From an uncultured Spirochaetota bacterium (GTDB lineage Bacteria; Spirochaetota; Spirochaetia; SZUA-6; Fen-1364): a stretch of 64,000 nucleotides of DNA. The notes under the pieces were generated by a model. That model did not search any database and was not told where the DNA came from. It saw only the letters and a list, made by a program, of their open reading frames with translations. Shown one piece after another: positions 30,915 to 40,930 of the stretch. Numbering within the stretch: position 1 is the stretch's first letter; each line of letters opens with the position of its first letter. The stretch lies in the NCBI GenBank assembly GCA_963781885.1, contig CAWAHW010000005.1, positions 192,001-256,000 on the forward strand, written 5' to 3'. The translations under genes were made by a program, and so were the position numbers.

Positions 30915-30942
30915 TTGACATTCCCCGTCAACGGGATAGGAT
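30915..30942 (+). promoter_or_regulatory. Sigma70-type promoter for pcnB
   Basis: TTGACA-N16-TAGGAT. Confidence 0.5.
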
Positions 30943-30970
30943 GTGGGCAGCAACATATTGGGACCGCACA

Positions 30971-32201
30971 TTGCTTTTCAGATACGGAAAAACATCAAAC
31001 GGCACCATCGAAAAAAAGGCCCACATCTACACGCCTGACGAGCACGGCATAGATCCGCGCCTTGTCGGCGCCGACGCCGTTCTGGGTGATCCGCGGGCTG
31101 CGGAAGGAAGGCTTCCAGGCCTACGTGGTCGGCGGGGCCGTGCGCGACTTGCTCGTCGGGCGCACGCCGAACGATTTCGACATCGCCACGAATGCGCACC
31201 CCCAGCAGATCAAGCGGATATTCCGCTCGGCGCGCATCATCGGCCGCAGGTTCCGTCTCGTTCACGTGTACAGCGGCAGGGACACGTACATCGAAGTGAG
31301 CACGTTCCGCTCCCACAGCCCGGTGGCGGAAGACGGAATGCCGCTGCCGGAGGATGCCAACAACCACTTCGGCACGATGGAAGAGGATTCGCAGAGACGG
31401 GACTTCACGGTGAATGCCCTCTACTACTGCCCCATCGACGGGCAGTTGATCGACTACGTGGGCGGCTACGAGGACATCCGCCAGAAGAGGCTGCGCACCC
31501 TGGCGAAGGCGGAAGCGTCGTTCGTGGAAGACCCCGTGCGCATGATCCGGGCGGTGAAGTACGCGAGCCTTCTCGATTTCCCCATCCCGCTTCCCATGGC
31601 CGGGCTCATTCGCCGGCTGCGCGAATCGCTTCTCACCTGCTCGCGCGAGCGGGTCACCGAGGAGGTGTTCAAGATCCTCACCTCGGGGGCATCGGCGACG
31701 ATCCTGGAAAATGCGCACAGGCTTCGTCTCTTTGAGATCATCCTCCCCGCGCACGAGCGGAAGCTGATGGAGAGCCGCGCGCGCTTCGCGGAGACGGCAT
31801 TCGGGATCAAGCTTGCGGAGCTCGACGCGCGCACGGCGCAGGGCGTCAGCCTGGACAGGGGCGACATGTTCGCCTTTCTCTTTGCCGACCTTGCGCGGGA
31901 GCGCGCCGAGCTCTTTGCCGGCGATGAGCCGGACCTGCTCGTGCAGCGATTCATCCGCAGCGAATCGGCGCCGCTTTTTCCGTCGAAAAAGGACCTCGCG
32001 GTCGCCGCGGCAGGGCTCCTGCGCGAGATGGCGCCCCACCGGACGCGGGCAGCGGCGCGCGCGCCGGGCAGCGCACGCGGACGGACGGGCCAGGGGGACG
32101 GGCAGGGGACGGTGAAAAAACGCCCCCGACATCGCAGGGGCAGGGGGGGGAGGCCCCGCGCGACGGGTGCCGGGCCGGGCGCGCCGCGCGGGCACGCCTG
32201 A
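30971..32201 (+). CDS. pcnB: Poly(A) polymerase (apparent +1 indel at ~31081)
   Basis: TTG start MLFRYG...; VGGAVRD, DFDIAT, PAP signature IIGRRFRLVHV, RRDFTVNAL, EDPVRMIR. Confidence 0.9.
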
Positions 32202-32229
32202 CCCGGGCGCCGGGAGCGGCGCGCCGTCT

Positions 32230-33423
32230 TTACTTCACCGAATCGATGCGCTTCAACAGGGCATCAACCCTGTCGCCGTACGTCGTCTTATCCGCCGTCT
32301 TTGCGAATGAAAGATACTTGCTGGCATCGGCGTTCTTGCCCGCGGCGAAGGAGTTCACGCCGAGGGCGTAGTTGATGACACCGGCCGTCGCGCCGAGCTG
32401 GAATGCCTTGAGATAGTCCTCTTCGGCCTTTGCATAGTCCTTCTTCGCGTAGCTCACCAGACCCTCGTAGTACCACGCCGTGCTGTTCGTCGGGTCGAGG
32501 TCGATGCACTTCTGCAGGGAGGAGTCGGCTGCCGCGAGATCGCCCGAGCCGTACTGATCGATGCTGTCCTTCAATAAGTCGGTGGATGTCTTGAGGGAGA
32601 GGATGTAGGTCTGGAAATCCTGCTGCAGCGCCTGGTCGGTGAACCAGGAGAACGCGCGGGCAACAACCTTCTGGGAGTTGTCATCGAGGCTCGCCTTCGG
32701 CGACAGCGCGGTCACGGAATCCCACATCGCCCGGCTGTAGGCGCGCTGGGAGGAGCCCAGGAGGAACTGCACGAATCCCCACGACTCCGGTGCAAAGACG
32801 TCCATCTGCGACTGCGCCTTGTCGCGGGAAATCGTGAGCAGGTCGGAGACCGAAAGAGGCGTCGTCGCGGAGCCGGCCGCCAGGAGCGACTTCAGCGGGT
32901 CCAGCCACGCGAAGTTCGGCTTCAGCGTATAGGTACCGGCCGTTGCATCCCAGGAGGCGGTTTCCAGGTACGTCGCGACGCCTTCCCGCAGCCACACGGG
33001 CGGGTTGTCCACGAACGCCTTCACGAACTGTATGGCCCCCTGGTGGAGCAGCGACGCGGTGAACGCGGGCTCGTCCTTGGGGAAGCACAGCAGCTCCGAG
33101 CGTTCGGGGTCCGACCAGGCAATGAAGACGAAGTCGGTGCGCGTCTGCGAGAGGACCTTTCCCAGGTAGCCGTTGAAGCTGTCGATGTCCTTGAATATGT
33201 GGACCCGGAGCTTCGTCGAGAGAGTGGAGAGGTCGAAGTGGTAGACGTCGTTGTACAGGGACACGGCGGCTTCCATCCGCTTCGCAACGTCATCCGACTG
33301 TGCCTGGCTGGCATCGGAAATGACGCGGTAATGGTCGGTTTCCGACGTGAACTGTGTCGCATCCTGCGCAAAAAGCACGAGCGGGATGCAGAAAAAGAGG
33401 GCGATCAAGAGGGTTTTCCGCAT
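32230..33423 (-). CDS. Secreted protein with a peptidase-MA/DUF1570-like domain and C-terminal TPR
   Basis: Signal peptide; PVWLREGVATYLE; HExxH position reads HQGAIQ; TPRs at the C-terminus. Confidence 0.75.
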   Translation of the reverse strand: MRKTLLIALFFCIPLVLFAQDATQFTSETDHYRVISDASQAQSDDVAKRMEAAVSLYNDVYHFDLSTLSTKLRVHIFKDIDSFNGYLGKVLSQTRTDFVFIAWSDPERSELLCFPKDEPAFTASLLHQGAIQFVKAFVDNPPVWLREGVATYLETASWDATAGTYTLKPNFAWLDPLKSLLAAGSATTPLSVSDLLTISRDKAQSQMDVFAPESWGFVQFLLGSSQRAYSRAMWDSVTALSPKASLDDNSQKVVARAFSWFTDQALQQDFQTYILSLKTSTDLLKDSIDQYGSGDLAAADSSLQKCIDLDPTNSTAWYYEGLVSYAKKDYAKAEEDYLKAFQLGATAGVINYALGVNSFAAGKNADASKYLSFAKTADKTTYGDRVDALLKRIDSVK

Positions 33424-33440
33424 ACCACCTCCTCGTATTG

Positions 33441-33469
33441 ATCATAGTCAGGGGGCACCGGGCTGTCAA
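33441..33469 (-). promoter_or_regulatory. Sigma70 promoter
   Basis: TTGACA-N17-TATGAT followed by RBS AGGAGGTG. Confidence 0.75.
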
Positions 33470-33471
33470 AT

Positions 33472-34125
33472 TTATCCTGCGGGTGGGGGGCCCGCAGGGG
33501 GGCGCCCGGCGGGGGGACGCAGCCGGCCGTACGCGGGCCGTACGACGGTCTTTTCCACGAATTCCTTCTCGCTCCTGCGCAGCCCTTTTTTCGAGGTGAG
33601 GAGGATCTTCACCGACTCGAAGAAAATGTGTGGATAGTTCCTTTTGATTTCCACGGCGGGCACGGGGATGATGTGCTTGCCCTGCTCCGCGCGCGTCTTC
33701 AGGGCGTGGGCGATCTCTGCCCGCGTGGAGACCTCCTCGATGCTGATGAAGCGCTGGATGGGCAGGAGGCCGAGCGTCGTGGCGATGCGCTGCACCATCT
33801 TGCGGGACGTCGCGATGATGAGGATGCGGCCGGCGCCCTGCGCCGCGAGCGCCTGACGCACCTCGTCGATCTGGTCGGGGTTGGCGAAGACCGCCGTCTT
33901 GATGGCGCTGAGGATGCCCTTCTCCTTCTTCGCCGATCTTCCCGCGATGATCTTTTGGCCGCGGATGAGGAGGCCGTCGTCGATGATCAGGTCGATGCGG
34001 AAGCGGCGCGCCACCTGTCGTGCCTTGAAGCTCTTGCCCGTGCCGCTCTTGCCCACGAGCGCAAAGACACGCCGCGCCCGGAAGAGCCAGGGAAAGAGAC
34101 GCCTCAAAACGGGAAAAGCCTGCAT
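33472..34125 (-). CDS. Uncharacterised P-loop nucleotide-binding protein
   Basis: VFALVGKSGTGKS Walker A, IIDDGLLI, GKHIIPVP. Confidence 0.8.
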   Translation of the reverse strand: MQAFPVLRRLFPWLFRARRVFALVGKSGTGKSFKARQVARRFRIDLIIDDGLLIRGQKIIAGRSAKKEKGILSAIKTAVFANPDQIDEVRQALAAQGAGRILIIATSRKMVQRIATTLGLLPIQRFISIEEVSTRAEIAHALKTRAEQGKHIIPVPAVEIKRNYPHIFFESVKILLTSKKGLRRSEKEFVEKTVVRPAYGRLRPPAGRPPAGPPPAG

Positions 34126-35600
34126 GCCGCGTCCGGTCCTGGCGGTAACAGTACACCGGGCGCGGGGGAATGCATACCGGCGCAGATGCCGGCGGGTGAC
34201 GGCCGGGGCAACCGCAGGAGGCGCAGGACGCGCAGGTAATCGCGCTCCTCTCTCTGCCAGCGCTTGTTGAGCATGCTCGCGTACAGTCCGATGAGGAAGC
34301 CCGGCAGCCTCCCGCGCAGGAGGCGCGCGGCGACGTGCACGGGTGAATAGAAACGGGTATGGGCGCGGATCTGGGCGCGCTGGAGCTCCCATGGCGTGAA
34401 TCCGCGGGGGAGGAACTTCACGTGGTGCGCGTCGTAGGTGTCCCATGCCTTGTCGATGAGCCTTCCCTCGGCGACCATCTGGGTGTAGAAGCCCGATCCG
34501 GGCAGCGGCGTGAGGATGAGGAACTGCGCCGAGTCGATCTTCTCCGCCAGGGCGAAGTCCACCGTCGCGCGGGCGGTTGCCGGCGTGTCCGCGTCGAAGC
34601 CGAAGACGAACATGCCGTGCACGTGGATGCGCCGCGCGCGTATCGCGCGGATGGCCTGCCGGATCTCCTCCACGGTCTGTTTCTTGTTCATCTCCTTGAG
34701 CGCCGTCGGGTCCACGGATTCGAGGCCGATGAAAAGCGTCGCGCAACCTGCCTTCGCCATCAGGTCGAGAAGCTCCGGGTCGCGCGCGACGTCGGTGCGC
34801 ACCTGCGTGGACCACTGGAAGCCGAGCTGGAGCCTGATCATCTCGCGCAGCAGCTCCTTCGTTTTCACGGGATTGGCGGTGAAGTTGTCGTCATAGAAAA
34901 AGATGATCTGCTTGCGCGGGTCGTAGTGCGCGAGCTCGGAGATGATGTTGGCGGTGCTTCGATGGCGGTAGCGGTGGCCGAACATGCCGGTGACCGAGCA
35001 GAAGGTGCAGTCGTACGGGCATCCACGCGAGGTCTGGACGGGGACGGTGACGCGCCCGAAACCCGACGAGCCGAGCTTCGACTTGCCTTCCATTTTGAGG
35101 AGCGAGAAATCGGGGAAGGGGAGACTGTCGAGGTCTTCGACGGGCGCGGCGGTCGGATTGCGCCGGACCACGCCTCCTTCTTTCCACACGAGCCCCGGCA
35201 CCTTGTCCAGGGAGCCATTGCCGTTCAACGCCTCCACGAGCAGGGGGAAGCCCTTTTCACCTTCGCCCACGACGCAGAAGTCCGCGTGCGCGAGCGCCTC
35301 CTCCGGCAGGAAGCTCACGTGCGGGCCGCCGATGACGACAGGCATGCCCCGGCGGCGACACTCGTCAGCGATGGCGTACGAAGCGCTCGCGGTTGCCGTG
35401 ATGGTGGAGATGCCGACAAGGTCTGCCTCCAGCCCCCGGGCCCAGATTTCCCGTGCCTGCATGAAAAGGCTTTCCGTCTGGTATCCCTTGTCGCGAAGAA
35501 TCGTCGCAAGGAGGATGCCTCCCAACCGGGGCAGCTCGAACTTTGAGAATATGTGCAGGTGATCGTTCTTGGGCTCGATGAGTGTGACCTTTCTGATCAT
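34104..35600 (-). CDS. B12-binding domain radical SAM protein
   Basis: VVIGGPHVS...GEGE; RGCPYDCTFC; FYDDNF; IGLES; LTPLPGS. Confidence 0.92.
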   Translation of the reverse strand: MIRKVTLIEPKNDHLHIFSKFELPRLGGILLATILRDKGYQTESLFMQAREIWARGLEADLVGISTITATASASYAIADECRRRGMPVVIGGPHVSFLPEEALAHADFCVVGEGEKGFPLLVEALNGNGSLDKVPGLVWKEGGVVRRNPTAAPVEDLDSLPFPDFSLLKMEGKSKLGSSGFGRVTVPVQTSRGCPYDCTFCSVTGMFGHRYRHRSTANIISELAHYDPRKQIIFFYDDNFTANPVKTKELLREMIRLQLGFQWSTQVRTDVARDPELLDLMAKAGCATLFIGLESVDPTALKEMNKKQTVEEIRQAIRAIRARRIHVHGMFVFGFDADTPATARATVDFALAEKIDSAQFLILTPLPGSGFYTQMVAEGRLIDKAWDTYDAHHVKFLPRGFTPWELQRAQIRAHTRFYSPVHVAARLLRGRLPGFLIGLYASMLNKRWQREERDYLRVLRLLRLPRPSPAGICAGMHSPAPGVLLPPGPDAACRLFPF

Positions 35601-35646
35601 GGTTCCCTCCCACATGAAAGCAAGCGAATAGAGATGTTTAAAAAAC

Positions 35647-35675
35647 AAGATATACGTATACGTATGGTTTGTCAA
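35647..35675 (-). promoter_or_regulatory. Sigma70 promoter with a palindromic operator in the spacer
   Basis: TTGACA-N17-TATCTT; perfect palindrome ATACGTATACGTAT at 35652-35665. Confidence 0.7.
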
Positions 35676-35728
35676 GAGCAAAAAAAACGGCGCGCCGCGC
35701 GTGCCGTTCTTTCGGGATTCCCGGGCTG

Positions 35729-36670
35729 CTACTGCTCGAATATCGTGCTGAGACCGGTCACGACCTTCTGCGCGTCGTGAGTGACCGTCACGAGGCCCTT
35801 GGAGATCTCCTGGAGGTTGTTCACCGTGTCTTCCAGGCTCTGGGCCGTCGCGGGGGCGCTCAGGGCGCCAATGACGGACTTGTCCGACGTGAGCTGGGTG
35901 ACCGCGCTCTGTATGTCCGCGGTGCTCTTGCGGACAGCCTTCAGCGAGGCGGCGAGGTCATCGGAGCTGTCCGTGAGATTCGTATCGAGCTTCGCCAGGA
36001 GCTTCTCCGTGGTGACCGTCACGTCGGTGACGGCGCCCTGCAACTGGGTGATGGACGACGTGATCTGGTTCGTGATGGTGGGGACCGCGGCGGTCATGGT
36101 CACGGCCCTGTCCGTGATGATCCGCACGTTCTTCGCCGTGGCCGCGATGTCCTTCAGCGAGCTGTCCAGGGCGGCCTGGTTCTTGTCCAACGTGTCAATG
36201 ACCCGCTTCAGGCTCGTGGCGAGGTCCGTCACCATGCCGACGGTGTCGCCGCCGAGCAGGTCGGTGATGTTGAAGGACGGCACGCCTTCGAAGACCTGGC
36301 CCTCCTGGACCCGGGGATTTTCCTTCGGTCCGGGCTTCTGCTCGATGTACATGTCGCCGAGGATCCCCTTGGAGACCAGCGCGAACTGGTCGCCCGTCCG
36401 CACGATCTGCCCGGGCTTGAACGTGAGGGTGGCGACGATGGTCTTCTCATCCTCTTCCGGCACGATGCTCGTCACCGAGCCCACCTTGAGCCCCGACTTC
36501 CGCACCCACGCGCCCGAGTTGAGGTCGCCGACGGAGGTGAAATGCACCTTGATGGATACCCCGCGGGTGAACTGGAAATTATTGATCAGGAGATAAAGGA
36601 AGAGCGATGCCGCGAGGGCCAGGAGGGTGATGACGATCACCCGGAGTATGCGCGATGCCTTAGTAGCCAT
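35729..36670 (-). CDS. mlaD: MlaD/MCE family protein (second copy)
   Basis: TM helix, GDLNSGAWVRKSGLKVGSV, GILGDMYIE. Confidence 0.88.
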   Translation of the reverse strand: MATKASRILRVIVITLLALAASLFLYLLINNFQFTRGVSIKVHFTSVGDLNSGAWVRKSGLKVGSVTSIVPEEDEKTIVATLTFKPGQIVRTGDQFALVSKGILGDMYIEQKPGPKENPRVQEGQVFEGVPSFNITDLLGGDTVGMVTDLATSLKRVIDTLDKNQAALDSSLKDIAATAKNVRIITDRAVTMTAAVPTITNQITSSITQLQGAVTDVTVTTEKLLAKLDTNLTDSSDDLAASLKAVRKSTADIQSAVTQLTSDKSVIGALSAPATAQSLEDTVNNLQEISKGLVTVTHDAQKVVTGLSTIFEQ

Positions 36671-37410
36671 TGCTCTGCCCGGATCCTTTCTCGGTTTTCA
36701 ATGAAGTGGACGTAGATCGGGGAATCCTTCCGAAAGCCGTCCTCTCTTCCCGCCTGGGCGATGATTCTCTGGTCTTCGAGCAATGCGATGCGGTCCGCGA
36801 TAAAGCGCGTGAGGTCGATGTCGTGCGTGACGACGAGCGACGTGATTGCCCGCTCGTCCTGGAGTCTCTTGATCATCGATTCAACGATTGCCGAGCTCGC
36901 CGGATCCAGGCCCGAGGTCGGCTCGTCGTAGAGCAGGTAGCGCGGCTCCAGGATCATGGCGCGCGCGATGGCCACCTTGCGCTTCATGCCGCCGGAAAGC
37001 TCCTGCGGCATCGAGGTCGCGCTGTCCTGCATGCCCACGAGGTCGAGGTAGCTGTCCACCTTCAGGTTGATCTCCCGCGGCGTCGCGGACTTGTGATAGA
37101 CGAGCGGGAAGGCGACGTTCTCCCGGACGTTCATCGAATCGAAAAGCGCCCCTTCCTGGAACAGCATGCCGATTTTGCGCCGGATGGAACGAAGCTCCGC
37201 CCGGCCGGCGTTCACCACTTCGTCCCCGTCGATCGTGATGCTTCCCGCCTGCGGCCGGAGGAGACCCGTGATGCATTTGAGGAAAACCGACTTGCCGATG
37301 CCGCTCCGTCCGACGATCACGGTGGTGAGGGATTCCTCCACGTCGATGCTGAGCTCGTGGAGAACCTCGCGTCCGGGAAAGGAGAAATGAACATCGCGCG
37401 CGCTGATCAC
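36637..37410 (-). CDS. mlaF: ABC transporter ATPase, MlaF-like (second copy)
   Basis: GRSGIGKS, FQEGALFDSM, LSGGMKRKVAIARA, YDEPTSGLDP. Confidence 0.9.
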   Translation of the reverse strand: MISARDVHFSFPGREVLHELSIDVEESLTTVIVGRSGIGKSVFLKCITGLLRPQAGSITIDGDEVVNAGRAELRSIRRKIGMLFQEGALFDSMNVRENVAFPLVYHKSATPREINLKVDSYLDLVGMQDSATSMPQELSGGMKRKVAIARAMILEPRYLLYDEPTSGLDPASSAIVESMIKRLQDERAITSLVVTHDIDLTRFIADRIALLEDQRIIAQAGREDGFRKDSPIYVHFIENRERIRAEQWLLRHRAYSG

Positions 37411-37495
37411 GGCCCGCTCCCGATGACGACCCACGGCGCGGCCGGGCGCTCTCCTCCGTCGTGATCATCGCGGTGCGGCTGGAGCATGCAGGACG

Positions 37496-37524
37496 ATAGT
37501 AGTGTCCCCGCGACGGGCTGTCAA
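37496..37524 (-). promoter_or_regulatory. Sigma70 promoter for the second mlaF-mlaD pair
   Basis: TTGACA-N17-TACTAT. Confidence 0.7.
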
Positions 37525-37568
37525 GATTTTCCCGCTCCCGGGCGCCCATTCCGGCTTGACACAATCGA

Positions 37569-38075
37569 ATGCTCCAAGGGACACTCAGCCAGATGCTTCC
37601 CCAGCGCACCCTCGACACGCTTACCCGCATTTTCGAGAATCCCGTCTTCCTCTCCGCCCTCTCCAGCTGGCTCGTCGCGCAGGTCCTCAAGTCGTGCATC
37701 ATGCTCGTCCGCAACCGCCCGCGCTCCGCGCGGGAGATACTCCTCCACATCTTCTGGGCCACGGGGGGAATGCCCAGCAGTCACTCCGCGGTCGTCGCAT
37801 CGCTTGCGACATCCGCCGCATTCGTGGAAGGCCCCAATTCGACCCTTTTCTTCGTGACCCTCTTCTATGCAATGCTCACCTTGCGGGACGCGCTGGGTGT
37901 TCGGCGTTCTGCCGGCGCGCAGGCCAAGGTGATCAACCAGCTGATCAAGGATCTCTCGCCCCATTTCGCCCTTCGCAGCCGGTTCGTGAAAGAGGTCCAT
38001 GGACACACCATGCCGGAAGTGTTCGTGGGCACGCTGCTGGGCTTCTTCATCGCGGTCGCCTTTTGCACGCTGTAG
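37569..38075 (+). CDS. Divergent PAP2 family (DUF212) membrane protein
   Basis: AQVLK...GGMPSSHS...DALGVRR...GHT. Confidence 0.9.
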   Translation: MLQGTLSQMLPQRTLDTLTRIFENPVFLSALSSWLVAQVLKSCIMLVRNRPRSAREILLHIFWATGGMPSSHSAVVASLATSAAFVEGPNSTLFFVTLFYAMLTLRDALGVRRSAGAQAKVINQLIKDLSPHFALRSRFVKEVHGHTMPEVFVGTLLGFFIAVAFCTL

Positions 38076-39626
38076 GAGGCGCCGCCGGTCGGCCGGGAAA
38101 GAACGCGACCCCCGCGTCCTGGGGGCTGGGACTGCTCGTCTGCGCGGCCCTTGCCGCGTGGCTTCCGCTGGCGCGCATGCCCGCCTTCCAGCCGACGCGC
38201 ATCTGGCGCGGATACCAGACCCTCCTTCTGAGTGCGGGACCTTCCGGGGCGGGAGCCGCGCGGGTGATTGCCCAGGCGCTCGGGCCCGGGGTGGCGACAG
38301 AGGAGACCTCGACTGTCGACTTCTGGAGCTTCACCGGCCTGGAGAGTGTTTCCCTTTCAGGGCTGGATGCCCGCATCGATCCGCGGGACCCGCGCCGCGA
38401 CTCCTTCATGGACCGGGCAAAGGGATACTTCCAGGCGTCCAACGGCGCCGAGATTCTCTACATCCCGGCGCGCCTCCCCGCGGCGCGGGTGTTCCTCCGC
38501 ATCGCCGCGCACCTGGGCTTGCCCGCGCGGGGCGCGTGGCATCTCATAGAGTTCGACCCGGTGGAGAAGTTGCTCGCCGTGCTCGGGCTTTTTGCACTTG
38601 CCCTCTTGCTCGCAGCAGGCCAGGAATCGCCGCGCCGCATCGCGTTTCCCATTGCCGCTGCAGGGGCGCTGGTCTGGATCCCGTACGTGCTTTCCGGCGG
38701 GCTGGACCGGCTGGCAATCGCCCTGGCCTCCCTCCTGCCGTGGTCCGAGCTGATGAGGGTGCTCGTGCTGCTCCACGGATGGGACGAGAAGCTCGTGCGC
38801 GAGATGAGGCCCTGGCTTGTCGCGCTGGCGGGGGTTGCCGGTGCCGGCCTTGTGGTGGAGTGTTTGCTCGCCGGGCCGTCTCTCCTGCCCTTGATCGCCT
38901 CCATCGCGCCCTTTCTCGGAGCTCTCCTCCTCCTGGCCGGCATCGCAGGAGTCTGGGGAAGGGCAAAGAGGAAACGGAAAAAGCGGGCGGCTTTCGCGCC
39001 CATCCCAATTGTGCGGCCAGCCCGGAAGGCTGCGCGTTTCCCGCGCGCGGCGCTCATCGTTGGTGCAGGTCTTCTCGTCGCGGCCGCCATCGTTCCCCTT
39101 CTGCGCGACCAGCCCCTGCCGACGCCGCTTCCTCTCGCGGACGCACGGGGTTTCTCGTGGGAGGCAGTCGCGCGGCTGGGCAGGGGAGCGGGCTCCGGAC
39201 GCCTGCCCGATTTTGCAGGGCTCGTCCTCCACGAGGCGTTCCAGGAAGCGATGACCTTCGGGCGCAGCGAAGGCCTGCCCGTTCCCGATGAGCGCGTCTA
39301 CCTGCGCACCTACACGGACGATGGTTCGACGGGGGTCGTGACCGAACGCCAAAGAATGGCAAAGACATTCGACGCGGTTCTGGCTGAGGAGCGTGCTCGG
39401 GCGCTCGACGCCGGGAAGCATCGGTGCGCTGCTCCAGGCGCAGGAAAGGCCTGCTGCGGTCGCGGTCCGGGGACCGTTCCGCTGGATCGCAGGGGAGCTG
39501 CTCGCGGTCCTCCTTGCCCTGGCGGCGCTGCTCGTGCTGGTCGCCCGGGATCCCGACATGCGACCCTTGATCGAGGGCATTCTTCTACGCTTTAATAGCA
39601 AGGCGCGGCGAAATCAGATTCCATGA
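38063..39626 (+). CDS. Hypothetical multi-TM membrane protein (start uncertain; apparent +1 indel at ~39379)
   Basis: Multiple hydrophobic helices; ORF 39393-39626 continues the frame and ends overlapping the rnfC start. Confidence 0.6.
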
Positions 39627-40930
39627 CGGACACAAGGAAACTCCCGAACGGCGGCGTCAACCCGCCCAACGACAGTCACATTTCGCGCATGGCGCCCATC
39701 TCGAACGCCATGGTGCCGTCGCGTGCCGTCATTCCCCTGCTCCAGCACGCGGGAACCCCCGCACGCTGCGTTGTACAGCCGGGAGATACCGTCACGGAGG
39801 GCATGCTCATCGGCAGGGCGGAGGGAGCGCTGTCAGCCAATGTCCACTCCTCCATTCCCGGCACGGTGGTCGCCATGACGAACCTCACGCTGCCCGGCGG
39901 CCTTGCAAGCCAGGCCGTCGTCATAGACCTCGAGGGGGAGTTCGGGAAATCCGGCAAGCCGCGGCAGCCCCGGCCCTGGGAGGGCATGTCGCGAAAGGAG
40001 CTGCTCGGATGCATCCAGTCGGCGGGCGTGGTGGGGCTTGGCGGCTCGCTCATGCCGACGCACCTGAAACTGGCGACCGCACCGGGCAGTCGGGTCGCCC
40101 TGCTCGTGGCCAATGGCATCGACGGGGAGCCGGCGCTGAGCGCGGATTTCACGCTCCTGCGAGAGAAGACGGCGGAGATCGCGGAGGCCCTGCGCATCTG
40201 CCGCGCGCTGCTTGAGCCCGAGCGCATTGTGCTCGCCCTCGGGGAGGATGCGCGGGAGCTTGCGGCCGGCTTCGAAGCGGCATTCGCCTCGGCAAAGCTC
40301 GCCGGCGAGGTCGTGATCCTTCCTTCCACCTATCCGCAGGGGCACGAGCAGCTCGTGTTGGGCTCCCTTGGCGTCACCGGGGCGACCGGCGGCTCCGTGA
40401 TCCTCAACGTCGCGACCCTCCATGCCGTCTACGAGGCCATCGTGCTCGACCGGCCGCTCATCGAGCGGGTCGTCACCATCGCCGGTTCACCCGTGGCCAG
40501 GCCGCGCAATCTCAAGGTCCGGCTGGGCACGCGCCTGGGAGACCTTTTCGAGGAATGCGGCGGTCTGCTCGCGGCGCCGGGGAAGATCGTGGTGGGTGGT
40601 CCGATGCGCGGGGTCGCCGTGAGCTCGCTCGACATTCCCGTCACCAAAGGGACGTCGGGCGTGACGGCGTTCGACGAATCTGCCGCCCGCACGCGCCCCG
40701 AATGGCCGTGCATCCGCTGCGGGGCGTGCGTCGAAGTCTGCCCGTGGGACCTCGTCCCGACGCGTCTCTACAAGCTGGTCCGGCTGGGATCCCTTGCCAT
40801 TGCCGACAAGGAAGGCCTCTCCCGGTGCACGGAATGCGGCTGCTGCGCTTTTGCCTGCCCCTCGCATATCCCCCTGGTCGCCGTCTTCCATGACGGGAAG
40901 AGAGCTCTTGCGGAGGACGGGAATGGCTGA
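39623..40930 (+). CDS. rnfC: RnfC-like electron transport subunit
   Basis: QHAG, HSSIPG, GVVGLGG, GGPMRG, PVTKGTSG; two [4Fe-4S] motifs CIRCGACVEVCP and CTECGCCAFACP. Confidence 0.88.
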   Translation: MTDTRKLPNGGVNPPNDSHISRMAPISNAMVPSRAVIPLLQHAGTPARCVVQPGDTVTEGMLIGRAEGALSANVHSSIPGTVVAMTNLTLPGGLASQAVVIDLEGEFGKSGKPRQPRPWEGMSRKELLGCIQSAGVVGLGGSLMPTHLKLATAPGSRVALLVANGIDGEPALSADFTLLREKTAEIAEALRICRALLEPERIVLALGEDARELAAGFEAAFASAKLAGEVVILPSTYPQGHEQLVLGSLGVTGATGGSVILNVATLHAVYEAIVLDRPLIERVVTIAGSPVARPRNLKVRLGTRLGDLFEECGGLLAAPGKIVVGGPMRGVAVSSLDIPVTKGTSGVTAFDESAARTRPEWPCIRCGACVEVCPWDLVPTRLYKLVRLGSLAIADKEGLSRCTECGCCAFACPSHIPLVAVFHDGKRALAEDGNG

